The translations under genes were made by a program, and so were the position numbers. Positions 1 to 8,987 of a DNA stretch of 64,000 nucleotides are shown one piece after another; positions within the stretch are counted from its first letter, which is position 1; each line of letters opens with the position of its first letter. A model generated the notes under the pieces. That model did not search any database. It was given only the letters and a program-made list of their open reading frames with translations, and was not told where the DNA came from. The DNA comes from Acidobacteriota bacterium (GTDB lineage Bacteria > Acidobacteriota > UBA890 > WLXD01), in the NCBI GenBank assembly GCA_963666215.2, contig CAXWPL010000004.1:1-64000 (forward strand), given 5' to 3'.

Positions 1-490
1 GGTACGAGGCGAAGGCCATGGCGCTGGAGATCAGCCACGGGCAACGAGACAACGGCACCAGCACACGGTCGACCCATTCCCAGAGCCGGCTGGTGGAGAG
101 AACCGTCGATCCGGGTCGGTCTTGCAGAGCATCGCCGGCGCAGCTGATGAGCTCGAACTCATGGCCAAGCTCGCGAAACTGCCGAGCCAGATCGTTACCG
201 ACCTGCCATCCCAGCGACCGCTTGCTCAGGCGGGGCAAGAACATGGCGATGCGCAAGGTCAGCTCACACCCGTCGAGGAAGTGCCGATCGGACAGTTTGC
301 CCTCGCTGTTGAGCGCTTGAATCATGCGTTGAAGGTCGTTCGAGAGCCAGGCTTCACGTGGTTGTGGTGCTGACCCGCTTTGCACGGAGGCGCGCTTAGT
401 CGGAGCACTCGAACGATTCTTTCCGCTGCGGGTGGCGGCGACCACGATCAGGACCAAGGTCAGGAGAGCTACGAACGCGCCGAATCCCAT
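1..490 (-). CDS. Probable GT4-family glycosyltransferase, N-terminal part (runs off the window); the start could be the TTG near 256
   Basis: Manual translation gives an open frame MGFGAFVALLTLVLIVVAA...LRIAMFLPRLSKRSLGWQVGNDLARQFRELGHEFELISC, resembling the GT-B N-terminal 'RI.M.......LAR.L...GHEV' pattern. Not in the ORF track because there is no stop inside the window. Confidence 0.5.
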   Translation of the reverse strand, partial: MGFGAFVALLTLVLIVVAATRSGKNRSSAPTKRASVQSGSAPQPREAWLSNDLQRMIQALNSEGKLSDRHFLDGCELTLRIAMFLPRLSKRSLGWQVGNDLARQFRELGHEFELISCAGDALQDRPGSTVLSTSRLWEWVDRVLVPLSRCPWLISSAMAFASY

Positions 491-675
491 TCCCAGCCCT
501 ACCTACCTCGCTTGCTGCTGCCAAGTGCCCTGCAGTCCGCCGTCATCTGTCCCCGCCTCCAGAGAGTTGCGGGGGAGCCAGTCTCCCAGAGCCCGGCCGG
601 TTCCGCGGCGAGGTCACAGGCCCTCCTCGGACAAGTCCCGATAAGAACCTCGGGCGGTCAGCAAGCGGCTTCCAA

Positions 676-3328
676 TCACTGGGCAGATAATCTATCGAAC
701 TTCGCGCTTGGAATCCCTCTGAACCGATCTGGCGTGCAAGTCAGAATGATGACCTGGCAGCCGGCAGCGGCTGAGGCGATGGTGCTGGCCATGCTCGCGA
801 GTCGGTCCGGGTCCGTATGGCCGAGCGCGTCGTCGAGAATGAGCGGAACGCCGTCGTCGATTCCATGGGCCGTACCGGCCTTGGTGACGGTGAGCGCAGC
901 CGCCAGACGGGCGAGCAGGCCGAGCTGCTCCTGGGTCCCCTTGCTCAGAGAGTCAAACGGGATTGTGCGACCGCCCAGAGTCCTTGACTCGATCTGCAGG
1001 GTCTCGCTCAGCCCGACCTTAAACGTCGAGCCGTAGACGAGGCGCCCGAGACCATCGATACGTGCCGCAAGCGGGGCGACATAGGCCCCGTGAGCCCGGG
1101 CTTTGTGACGCAAGAGCAGGTCGTGCAGGAGCTTCACGGCGTCGGCTCGACGCCTCAGGCTGGCCTCAGATTGTTGTGCCTGATGGAGCTTGGCCCGAGT
1201 ATCTTCCAGTTCCTCGAAGACTCCACGCTCGTGTTTCACTTCCAGCCGCGCTCGCACTGCAGCCAGGTCCACCTCTGTCTCCTTCTGCTCGGTGCGCGCC
1301 TGCTCTACCGCCGCTGTGGCGCTCTGCAGAAGCGCCGTCCCCTGGGCGGGATTCTGCTTTTCCAACTCGCGCTTCAGCTCGAAAACGTTTCTCGTGTGAC
1401 CGTCAACGGTGCCCAGGGCGGCATCAACGTCGCACTGCAAGTCTTCATCCGAGCGGATCTTCCGGGCGGTATCTAGTTCGGCTACCAGCCCGGCCTGCCG
1501 GCCCTGCACCGACTCGCTTCTGACGATGGCCCGGCGGTGCTTCGAGCTCACGGCCTCCTGATGTTTCCGGGCGACGGCCAGTGCCTGCTCTGCCTGACCG
1601 AAGCTGCCTCTCGCATCCAAGAGCGCTCCACGCGCCTCTTTGTGATTCTCTCGAGCGACCGACTCAGACTCCGGCCGCGGCGGCTCTGGCTGCCTTTCCC
1701 TTTCATAGGCCGCCAGCTTGTCCGCCAGACTCGTGATCCTCGCTTCAATCTCAGCTGCCGTAGAGTCACCGAGCGCTTGCGCGATCTGGCCCTCGCTGCC
1801 GTCGAGGACTCGTTCGGCATTAGCATGAGCCACATGCGCCGCGGAGGCTTTCTTGACCGAGTCCACGGAGTGGGCCTCGCAAAGCTCAGCCCACGTACTA
1901 GCAGCGCTCTCGGCCGCGGCTTCGAGCTCTTCCAGACTCGAGCCGGGAGTCAGAACCAGCTCAAGCTGGCCGGGGATCGCTAACGTGGTCTCCTCGATCA
2001 CCGGCCGCCTGTCAGTGCCACCGCTGGCAATCTCGACCGCATCGCCATTGACCACGATCTGCAGATCTCGCAGCGCCCGAACCTCAAGCTCCGGACCACC
2101 GGCCTCGAGTGCGGCCTGGGCCTGCCCGACTGCGAGTTGCGCCTCCTGGAATCGCTCGAGCACATCATCGGTAACTGTGTTCCCCGCCAATTGCTCCCGT
2201 GCCTGCTCTCCTGTGGCCCTCAGCTTCGCTACCGAAGCCTGCCGCCCCTCGAGGTCACCGAGCTCACTCGTTCGGCGCAGGTGGCCCAGGTCTTGCGCAC
2301 TCCGCTCTTCATCCACCTCGGCTGAGGCCCGAGCGGTCCGGGCCGCCGACAGGTCGTCCTCGGCACCCTTCACTCTCTCGAGCTCATCTTTCTCGGCAGC
2401 TTCATCGAGTTGGAGTTCGAGATCGCCGAGCTCTTCCTCCGCCTGGGCCAGGTCCTTCAGAAGCCGGTCCCGCTCTCGCTTGCTCTTCTGCGCGCTTTCC
2501 AGGTGAAGGTTCGCGGCCCTGAGGTCGTTCGCAGCGGACTCCACCTGCAGCTCGAAGGTCTCGACGCGCCGCAACTCGCTATCCCGCTCCTGAACGGCAG
2601 TCTCGAGGTCCGGGATCAACATCTCCACACGCCGCAAACGGCTCGCCAGGCGCGCGCTCTCATCGACGTCCCTCCGCAGCGCCTCAAGCTCGTCTTCCAG
2701 TTCCGCCTCGCGCTCCTGCAGCGACGCTACGAGCTCGCCAGCCTCCGACACGAGGCTCTTGGACCTGCCAGTCGGGGGTGAAGTATCGCGAGAACTCCTC
2801 CATCACACGCCCCAGCAGCGGCCCGTGATCGAGGTCGTCGCCACTGCCGCCAGCGGCCGCATCGAGAGCCGTCTCGAGAGCTCGGCTGTCGGCGAGGTGT
2901 GCTTGATCGATCCCTTTTCCCTGCTCGATCTGCAGGGCCCTCCAGAGAGCCGTGTCGAGGGTCTCCTCGAGGATCTTCAGAACGCGATCGTGAGCCGTCT
3001 TCCCCGTGACGTTCTCCGCCCTGGGCTGGAGAATCTCGAGCTCGGTCTTCGGCTTCTTCATGAACCTCTTGCGGTAGACAAGCTCATGTTCACCGGTCTC
3101 GAAGGCCAGCTCGATCTCCGGGGCAGCATCCCGGTGTACGGGCACGATGTCCTTCACCCGCCTGGACTTCGAGGAGTCCGCGACTTCCAGGATCAGCTGG
3201 ACCGCCTCGGCCAGTGATGACTTGCCCGCTTCATTGGGCCCCTCGACAACCGTCACCCCCGGGCCGATGTGGATCTCACGCTCCTCGGTACCGCGGAAGT
3301 TGCTGATCTTGATCCTGCTGATCTTCAA
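676..3328 (-). CDS. SbcC/Rad50-like ATPase (Rv1278-like), split by a 1-nt frameshift at the G5 run 2774-2778
   Basis: Walker A GPNEAGKS in ORF 2684-3328; long coiled coil, signature LSKGTQEQ and Walker B/D-loop LILDDALGHTD in ORF 676-2751. Removing one base restores YFTPTGRSKSLVSEAGEL. Confidence 0.9.
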
Positions 3329-4509
3329 ACTGCTGCCGCCCTGGAGTCGCCCGCTTCCGGTTGCTTTGCAAGGGCGAGCTGATACAGCAGACTCATGGCG
3401 TCCCTGGACTTGATGGCGTCGGCACCGGCGCCAGCTGCTATCTCCAGCAGGTCATCCCACGCGGCTCTCGCGTAGCCACTGAGCTGAACTTCATCGGCGT
3501 CCAGTTCGCCCGGCAGCACCATCAGCTCCGATTGCTCACAGCGAAGCGAGGCGTAGTGATCGTGGTACTCGGCGAGCAGATCCTCGAGACGGGTGCTGGA
3601 AGCCAGACCGGTGAGGGCGCCGGTGAGCGTGAGCCTGACGACGATTCTCTCCTTGTGAGGTTGCCCCTCGAGAAACTCCGCCAACTCCTCGACGTCGGGC
3701 TCACCCGTCAGCTCGCGGCTCTCGTCCAGGAAGCGCCACGCTGCGTCACCCCACACAGAGAGGGGGCACACCACAGGCCTTGAGCCTAGCTCCAGATCCA
3801 CAAGCAAGACGGACCCCGGATCTAGCTCTCGAGATGCCGTCGCGATGGGCGTTCCCGAGTACCAGACCGCGCCGGTTTCTCCGAGACTCGTCACGGAATG
3901 GCGATCGCCGAGCGCCAGGTAGTGCAAACGTCCGCCCTGAATCGCCTCTTCCACTCCCTGCAGCCTGATCTGTGCGGGCTGCTCATGCTCCGGAGCCAGC
4001 GCGTCCACACGTCCGTGGGCAACGACAATCCGCGTCCAGTCCGCCGCGGGGCCGTTCAGCTTCTCCAGAAGACGGGCCACCAGATCGGCACCGGGCTGCT
4101 TGCTGCGCCATGGGGCACCCACGATCTCCACGTGACTGGTACCTGGCGGCTCGACACCCTGCTCCTGCTCCAGAACGATCACGTTCTCGGGCTTCCGGTT
4201 CAAGAAGGTGTGCGATTGATAGACGGAGGCCGCATCGAGAGCGTCATGGTTGCCTGGCAGCAAGAGGACGGGCACCGGCACTCGCGCTATGGCGTCGAGC
4301 GCGCGCTTGATCGTCTGCGGCTTCACGTGGTTGGACTCGAACACATCCCCGGCAACGACCACGAACTCGGCAGCGTGCTCTTTCGCCAGTGCGCCAATCC
4401 TGTCGATGGCGTCGATGCGGTCCTGTGTGAAGCGAGCCTCCGCCTCCGGCGACAGGTAGTACCGGCTCATACCGAGCTGCCAATCTGATGAGTGGATGAA
4501 GCGTGGCAT
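3325..4509 (-). CDS. SbcD/Mre11-like metallophosphoesterase nuclease (Rv1277-like)
   Basis: Motifs HSSDWQLG, AGDVFE, LPGNHD, VAHG, ALGDRH; 4-nt overlap with the ATPase gene; start taken at MPRFIH. Confidence 0.92.
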   Translation of the reverse strand: MPRFIHSSDWQLGMSRYYLSPEAEARFTQDRIDAIDRIGALAKEHAAEFVVVAGDVFESNHVKPQTIKRALDAIARVPVPVLLLPGNHDALDAASVYQSHTFLNRKPENVIVLEQEQGVEPPGTSHVEIVGAPWRSKQPGADLVARLLEKLNGPAADWTRIVVAHGRVDALAPEHEQPAQIRLQGVEEAIQGGRLHYLALGDRHSVTSLGETGAVWYSGTPIATASRELDPGSVLLVDLELGSRPVVCPLSVWGDAAWRFLDESRELTGEPDVEELAEFLEGQPHKERIVVRLTLTGALTGLASSTRLEDLLAEYHDHYASLRCEQSELMVLPGELDADEVQLSGYARAAWDDLLEIAAGAGADAIKSRDAMSLLYQLALAKQPEAGDSRAAAV

Positions 4510-5039
4510 CGGGTTCGATCTCCTCCAAAGACCCGCAGCGCTGCACGTGACACACGCAGGGAGCGAGGGCAGGCACTGAACCGTACCTACTTGCGCCACT
4601 TTCACCCCCTCGGGGTAGGCCCTTGCCTAATTCCCGGCCACCAGCCAACCCAACCGAGTGAACCACGGTAGTACCACGTCTGACACGGTGCTAGAAAAAT
4701 AATTATGCCCCGAAAATCGAGGCTCTGAGCGGCCGCCTAATGCACGATCTCGAGGTGTCGGATGCTACGGGTAGGGGCGGTGTCGGCGTCGCGGCGGATA
4801 ACCAAAACCTTGGCCGCCACCGCCAGCAGCGCGTCGATAAAAGCTCCAAGCCGGTGAACCCCTCGGCCTCGGCCGTGTGTAGAAGCCGTGTCGCCGCCAA
4901 CCCTACCCGCGCGTGGCTCTTGCCGGCGTTGAGGTACGAACGCGCCTGCATGGGACAGTTGCCCCATGCTGAGGCCCGTAAAAGGGGGAGGCCACGCCGG
5001 TGGGGGAAAAGGCCGGCGCAGCCCCGGGCGCGACCGAGC

Positions 5040-5149
5040 CTAAGGGCACCCCCGCTGCTGCTGTGAACGATGCTCGGCACCCCCGCCGTAGCGCAACCGA
5101 GCGACGGCACCTCGAGCGGCGAGCTCGCCGGCGGCGTAGCGGGCCGGCA
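5040..5149 (-). pseudogene. 3' relic of a second Cre-like recombinase paralogue
   Basis: 5085-5149 matches 5937-6001 at 60/65 nt and encodes PARYAAGELAARGAVARLRYG. Confidence 0.85.
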
Positions 5150-5370
5150 ATCATGGGCCGCAGCAGCTCGCGGCGATTCTCCAGGAGCTCGGCATCGCCG
5201 TATGAGTCTTGGTCACAACCACCACACGGGCCAGCGCGTCGGTGGCCGTTAGAATCGATTCTGTGGCCTGCTGCCCCCAGATAAGAACGTAGTAGCCCTT
5301 GGGCGGCGGCACTGTCGACAGAATCACCGCCGCAGACGCAACAGCCTAAGATCGGACAAATGAGACACCT

Positions 5371-5400
5371 CCAAACGTGCGCGCGCGCGCGCACGTTTGG
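5371..5400. repeat. Perfect 30-bp palindrome with an alternating (GC)n core
   Basis: CCAAACGTGCGCGCGCGCGCGCACGTTTGG is its own reverse complement. Confidence 0.95.
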
Positions 5401-5598
5401 CTTGGGGGCTGATGTGGTTCCTCGAAAGGGTGGGGTCAGCTGTGATGGACGAGCGCCTACCTCTGGATCCGTTTTGGGGGGTCAGGTCAAAGGAGCTCCG
5501 CGAGGACTTGCGCCTGAAGGGACGGTTCGAGGACGCCGTCAAGGCGTTGGTGAGCCCTGTGCGCGTGCGTCAGGTGATGCCGCCGAAGCCACGGTGAG

Positions 5599-5913
5599 TC
5601 AGAGCGGTTTCGCCACTCTCAGATATAATCCACTAAAGAGATCAAATAACCACTTGATACTGTCACCAAGGAGTCTCAGCTTGATAATGTAATCAGGGAG
5701 TCTCAGCATCTTCTTGCGCCAGTTTCCGCTGCCGTCGTCATCGCCACGTTGAGTCATCGTGACCGTTCCAGTAAGCGTCCGTGACTTGGCACGGACTATG
5801 GAACCGTTAGCCCTTACACCCCGCACTTCGCAGATCTCCCCTAGGTTGACCTCCACAATATCAAATTCAAGGCGCTCATACAGAGCGAGCAACCCGCCGA
5901 GTTCGATGCTCAT
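5599..5913 (-). CDS. Hypothetical 104-aa protein translationally coupled to the recombinase
   Basis: ATGA overlap with the recombinase stop (5910-5913); MSIELGGLLALYERLEFDIVEV...; visibly more AT-rich than its flanks. Confidence 0.55.
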   Translation of the reverse strand: MSIELGGLLALYERLEFDIVEVNLGEICEVRGVRANGSIVRAKSRTLTGTVTMTQRGDDDGSGNWRKKMLRLPDYIIKLRLLGDSIKWLFDLFSGLYLRVAKPL

Positions 5914-6944
5914 GATTGCCGGCCTCCTGCTGGTGCGCCGTAGCGCAGCCGGGCGACGGCACCTCGAGAAGCAAGCTCGCCGGCGGCGTAGCGGGCCGGC
6001 ATGGTCGGTGACTGCCAGCGGCCGGCCTGCTGCATCTCGACGAGGCCGGCACCCGCGGCGGCGAGCGACTGAGCGGAGCCGACGCGCAGCGAGTGGCCGG
6101 AGATTCGACCCTCGACGCCAGCAGCCGAGCAGCGCGCCGTGATGATCCGCCGCACCGAGCGCGCCGACAGCTGCCCGCGCGGCGTGCCGCCCCGGTCGAT
6201 GCGCTGAAACAGCGGCGCGTCGGTGTCGTCGGTAGAAACGCCAGCAGCACCCAGCCACGCGCTGATCCGGGCGGCGGTGGATGGCCCGAGAAACAACACC
6301 GCGCCTTCGCCTTCCTGATCGGTCTTGGAGTGGCGCACCGTCACGGTGGCGGCGTTGTCTTCGCCGGCCCCGATGTCGCCCACGCGAAGCGCGGCAAGCT
6401 CCGAGACACGCAGCATGGCGTCGGATGCTACGGCAAGGATCGCGGCGTCTCTGAGCCCGTGGATGGACTCGCCCCCGTTGCCCGCGACGGCGGCGGCGGC
6501 GTCGGCTTGGCCCCACCGGACACCGGCGACTTGCCCGCGCCCGCGATCGGAGCCGGCGCGTCGGAACCCGGCGAGCACCCGATCCGTGGCAGCACCGACG
6601 GGAGAGTCCGAGCCGGTGACGCGGACCTGAAAGCGCACGGCCGCGACGACCATCGCAGCGGACGCCGGTGAGCGGCCGATCTCGAACAGGTGGGCGAGGG
6701 AATCGGCGAGCGTCGCGTCGGTCAGCTCGGCTCCCTCCAGGTGCTCTCCCAACCGTCGCATGGCCCCGGCGTAGGCGCGCTCGGTGTTGTCCGAGATCGA
6801 GGCGGCGGCGAGCTGGCGAGCGGTTTCTCTGACCGCCAGCTCGCCGGATTTCGTGGTGGAAGCGACAGCGGAGCCGGCAGCGGCCCCCGGCGGAGCCGCC
6901 GGTACAGAGACCGGAACGCGTTGCACAACGCCTGGATCTGTCAT
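5910..6944 (-). CDS. Cre-like tyrosine recombinase/resolvase
   Basis: Catalytic residues in LRVSEL (R), HSKTDQ (K), GHSLRVG (HxxR), GRW (W, as in Cre) and PARY (Y); N-terminal core-binding domain starting SDNTERAY. Confidence 0.93.
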   Translation of the reverse strand: MTDPGVVQRVPVSVPAAPPGAAAGSAVASTTKSGELAVRETARQLAAASISDNTERAYAGAMRRLGEHLEGAELTDATLADSLAHLFEIGRSPASAAMVVAAVRFQVRVTGSDSPVGAATDRVLAGFRRAGSDRGRGQVAGVRWGQADAAAAVAGNGGESIHGLRDAAILAVASDAMLRVSELAALRVGDIGAGEDNAATVTVRHSKTDQEGEGAVLFLGPSTAARISAWLGAAGVSTDDTDAPLFQRIDRGGTPRGQLSARSVRRIITARCSAAGVEGRISGHSLRVGSAQSLAAAGAGLVEMQQAGRWQSPTMPARYAAGELASRGAVARLRYGAPAGGRQS

Positions 6945-6965
6945 GAGCCCGTCGCCTATCCATTA

Positions 6966-6993
6966 ATGTCCGTTAAGAGCTATTATCGGATGC
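6966..6993. promoter_or_regulatory. Candidate 11-6-11 recombination site (dif/lox-like) just upstream of the recombinase
   Basis: ATGTCCGTTAA-GAGCTA-TTATCGGATGC; inner arms TCCGTTAA/TTATCGGA are 7/8 inverted; TAA-N6-TTA core as in Xer-type sites. Confidence 0.6.
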
Positions 6994-7322
6994 AATGTAT
7001 CCGCCTGTCAACGGCCGCCTATCATCGGAGATCATGGCCACAGCGAGCACAGACAAGGGCGGCCGCGGCGGCCAGATACCGACTGGAACCGCTAGCCTGG
7101 ACTGCATGCAGCCCGGCGGCAGGGCTATGGATTAAGCTCAGCAGGGAGGCGAATCAGGAGTGCCTGTTGCCCGACGAAGGCGAGCCGAATGACGCGGAGG
7201 GATGATCGGGGGCTGCGCGCCTCTGCGACAGCTCGATACAGGCCGATGATCGCGGCGGTGGCGGTGCCCACCTTTTCAGAAGAGAAGAGCGAGCCAGAAA
7301 CCGCCGCGATAGTGGCTGGACC

Positions 7323-7391
7323 GTCGAGCTGTTGGTAGCGTGGCCAAATCTGCGTCCGCTTTTTCTTGCCGGTCTTCTCGTCCTTCGCCTC
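7323..7391 (-). pseudogene. About 70-bp relic of a type I restriction subunit HsdR
   Basis: Manual translation EAKDEKTGKKKRTQIWPRYQQLD resembles the 'K...IFPRYHQL' segment preceding the HsdR helicase domain. Confidence 0.6.
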
Positions 7392-7433
7392 CGCCAGCTC
7401 GGACAGTTCCTTCGGCTGGTTGGACAGACTCGA

Positions 7434-7462
7434 CTAGTTGAATGACAATGTCATTCAACTAG
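7434..7462. promoter_or_regulatory. Palindromic operator of the TA operon
   Basis: CTAGTTGAATGACA-A-TGTCATTCAACTAG, perfect 14-bp arms, abutting the AGGAG RBS of the antitoxin. Confidence 0.8.
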
Positions 7463-7472
7463 GAGATTACAC

Positions 7473-7736
7473 ATGCCTGCAAATAAACTCGTCCAGGCCC
7501 GCATTGACGGGGCCGTCAAGGAAGAAGCGACGGCCGTGCTGGCCGCCATGGGCCTGACGGTCTCCGACGCGGTGCGGTTGCTGTTGACCAGGGTGGCGCG
7601 GGAGAAGGCCCTACCATTCGCGCCGTTGGTCCCCAACGCCGTCACCATCGAGGCGATGAAGGAAGCCCGCCAGGGCAACCTCCCGCAGTTCGCCAGCGTC
7701 GAGGACCTGCTCGACGATCTACATGCGGACGATTGA
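7473..7736 (+). CDS. dinJ: RelB/DinJ-family antitoxin
   Basis: VQARIDGAVKEEATAVLAAMGLTVSDAVRLLL..VAREKALPF...PNAVTIEAMKEAR, the typical RHH antitoxin pattern. Confidence 0.93.
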   Translation: MPANKLVQARIDGAVKEEATAVLAAMGLTVSDAVRLLLTRVAREKALPFAPLVPNAVTIEAMKEARQGNLPQFASVEDLLDDLHADD

Positions 7737-7769
7737 GCGTACCAATCAGTTCAAGCGCGACTACAAGCG
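7723..7769 (+). pseudogene. yafQ: YafQ-family toxin truncated after about 16 codons by IS3
   Basis: MRTIERTNQFKRDYKR overlaps the dinJ stop and ends at the IS terminus; the remainder is not found beyond the IS. Confidence 0.88.
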
Positions 7770-7795
7770 TGACCCCACCCCGGAATCAGTACCAG

Positions 7796-8626
7796 TCAGA
7801 GGTTTAGGATTCGGTGTTCCGAAGCCTCCGGTTGCCAGCCCCTGGCGAACTCCGTAGGAGTTCGGTCCTTCAGTGAGCTGTGTGGCCTCTGGGTATTGTA
7901 ATCAAGCCTCCAAGCTTCCAGCTTTCGGCGCGCGTCATCGATGGAAAAGAACAGGTTGGCGTTGAGGCATTCGTCTCGAAGCCGTCCGTTGAAACTCTCG
8001 ATAAACGCATTCTCCACGGGCTTCCCCGGCCGAATGAACTCCAACTGCACACCTCTCCGATACGCCCAGGAGTCCATCGCCTGGGAGTAGAACTCCGAGC
8101 CATTGTCGACCGTGATTACCCGTGGCAACGGCCGGGCAAACGACAGCCGCTCGAGTGCTCGAGCCACCGCCTTGCCGGTTATCGATGCGCCCGGCTCAAG
8201 TAACGGACATTCACGACTAAACTGATCGACCACCGTCAGCACCCGAAACGACCGGCCACTCTCGAGCCGATCGGTCACGAAGTCCATGCTCCATCGCTCG
8301 TTGGGACGCTGTGCCGGCGGCACCAGGAGCCGTATGTGGCTCGCTCGCTTGCGCCGTCGCTTCTTGGTCCGTACTTCCAGTCCCTCCTCCCGATAGATCC
8401 GATACACGCGCTTCGGGTTCACTAGCCATCCCTCGCGGCGCAGCAGTACGCACAACCTCCGATACCCGAACCGAGGACGTGCTGCGGCGAGCTCGCCAAG
8501 ACGACGCCTCAGCACAGGGTCGTCCATCTTCGTGCTCTGATACCGATGGCTGGTACGCGAGAACTGCGTCAGCCGACACGCTCGACGCTCACTGATGCGG
8601 AACCCCTCCTGCAGGTACCGCACCAC
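7796..8626 (-). CDS. IS3 transposase OrfB (DDE/rve)
   Basis: [46 protein letters not shown]. Confidence 0.97.
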   Translation of the reverse strand: MVRYLQEGFRISERRACRLTQFSRTSHRYQSTKMDDPVLRRRLGELAAARPRFGYRRLCVLLRREGWLVNPKRVYRIYREEGLEVRTKKRRRKRASHIRLLVPPAQRPNERWSMDFVTDRLESGRSFRVLTVVDQFSRECPLLEPGASITGKAVARALERLSFARPLPRVITVDNGSEFYSQAMDSWAYRRGVQLEFIRPGKPVENAFIESFNGRLRDECLNANLFFSIDDARRKLEAWRLDYNTQRPHSSLKDRTPTEFARGWQPEASEHRILNL

Positions 8627-8646
8627 CTTGCGCTTGCGCGCCGGCT

Positions 8647-8913
8647 TCAGACCTTTTTTGACAGCACCTCCTGGAGCATGTGCTTGTCCAGGCTCAGATC
8701 TGCCACCAGCTGCTTCAACTTCCCGTTCTCATGGCGCAGCTGCCGTAACTCCCGCAGTTCGGCCACACCCATCCCGGCGAACTTGCGGCGCCATGTGTAG
8801 AACGTCTGCTCGCTGACGCCCAGCTTGCGGCACACCTCCTTGATCGGTGTGCCGGCCTCTGCCTGCCGCAGCGCGTAGGCGATCTGCTCGTCTGTGTACC
8901 TCTTGCGCTTCAT
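8647..8913 (-). CDS. IS3 transposase OrfA (HTH); programmed -1 frameshift signal A6G at 8653-8659
   Basis: [11 protein letters not shown]...[19 protein letters not shown]; AAAAAAG just before the stop. Confidence 0.96.
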   Translation of the reverse strand: MKRKRYTDEQIAYALRQAEAGTPIKEVCRKLGVSEQTFYTWRRKFAGMGVAELRELRQLRHENGKLKQLVADLSLDKHMLQEVLSKKV

Positions 8914-8987
8914 CTGTCCTCCTGCTTGGAGGACGACGGTACACCGATTTCCTAAAGATCAACCTGGCCCCGTTTTCGGGGTTTGGG

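Noticed and set aside
676-4509. Wadjet/Lamassu-type SMC defence system
   Set aside because: The nuclease-ATPase pair matches the Rv1277/Rv1278-like SbcDC arrangement, with no kleisin/KITE or effector genes.
5599-6963. 454-aa ORF
   Set aside because: Mostly an Arg-rich off-frame shadow of the recombinase; only the last 104 codons look genuine.
8653-8659. orfA/orfB break as a sequencing error or novelty
   Set aside because: This is the standard IS3 A6G programmed -1 frameshift.
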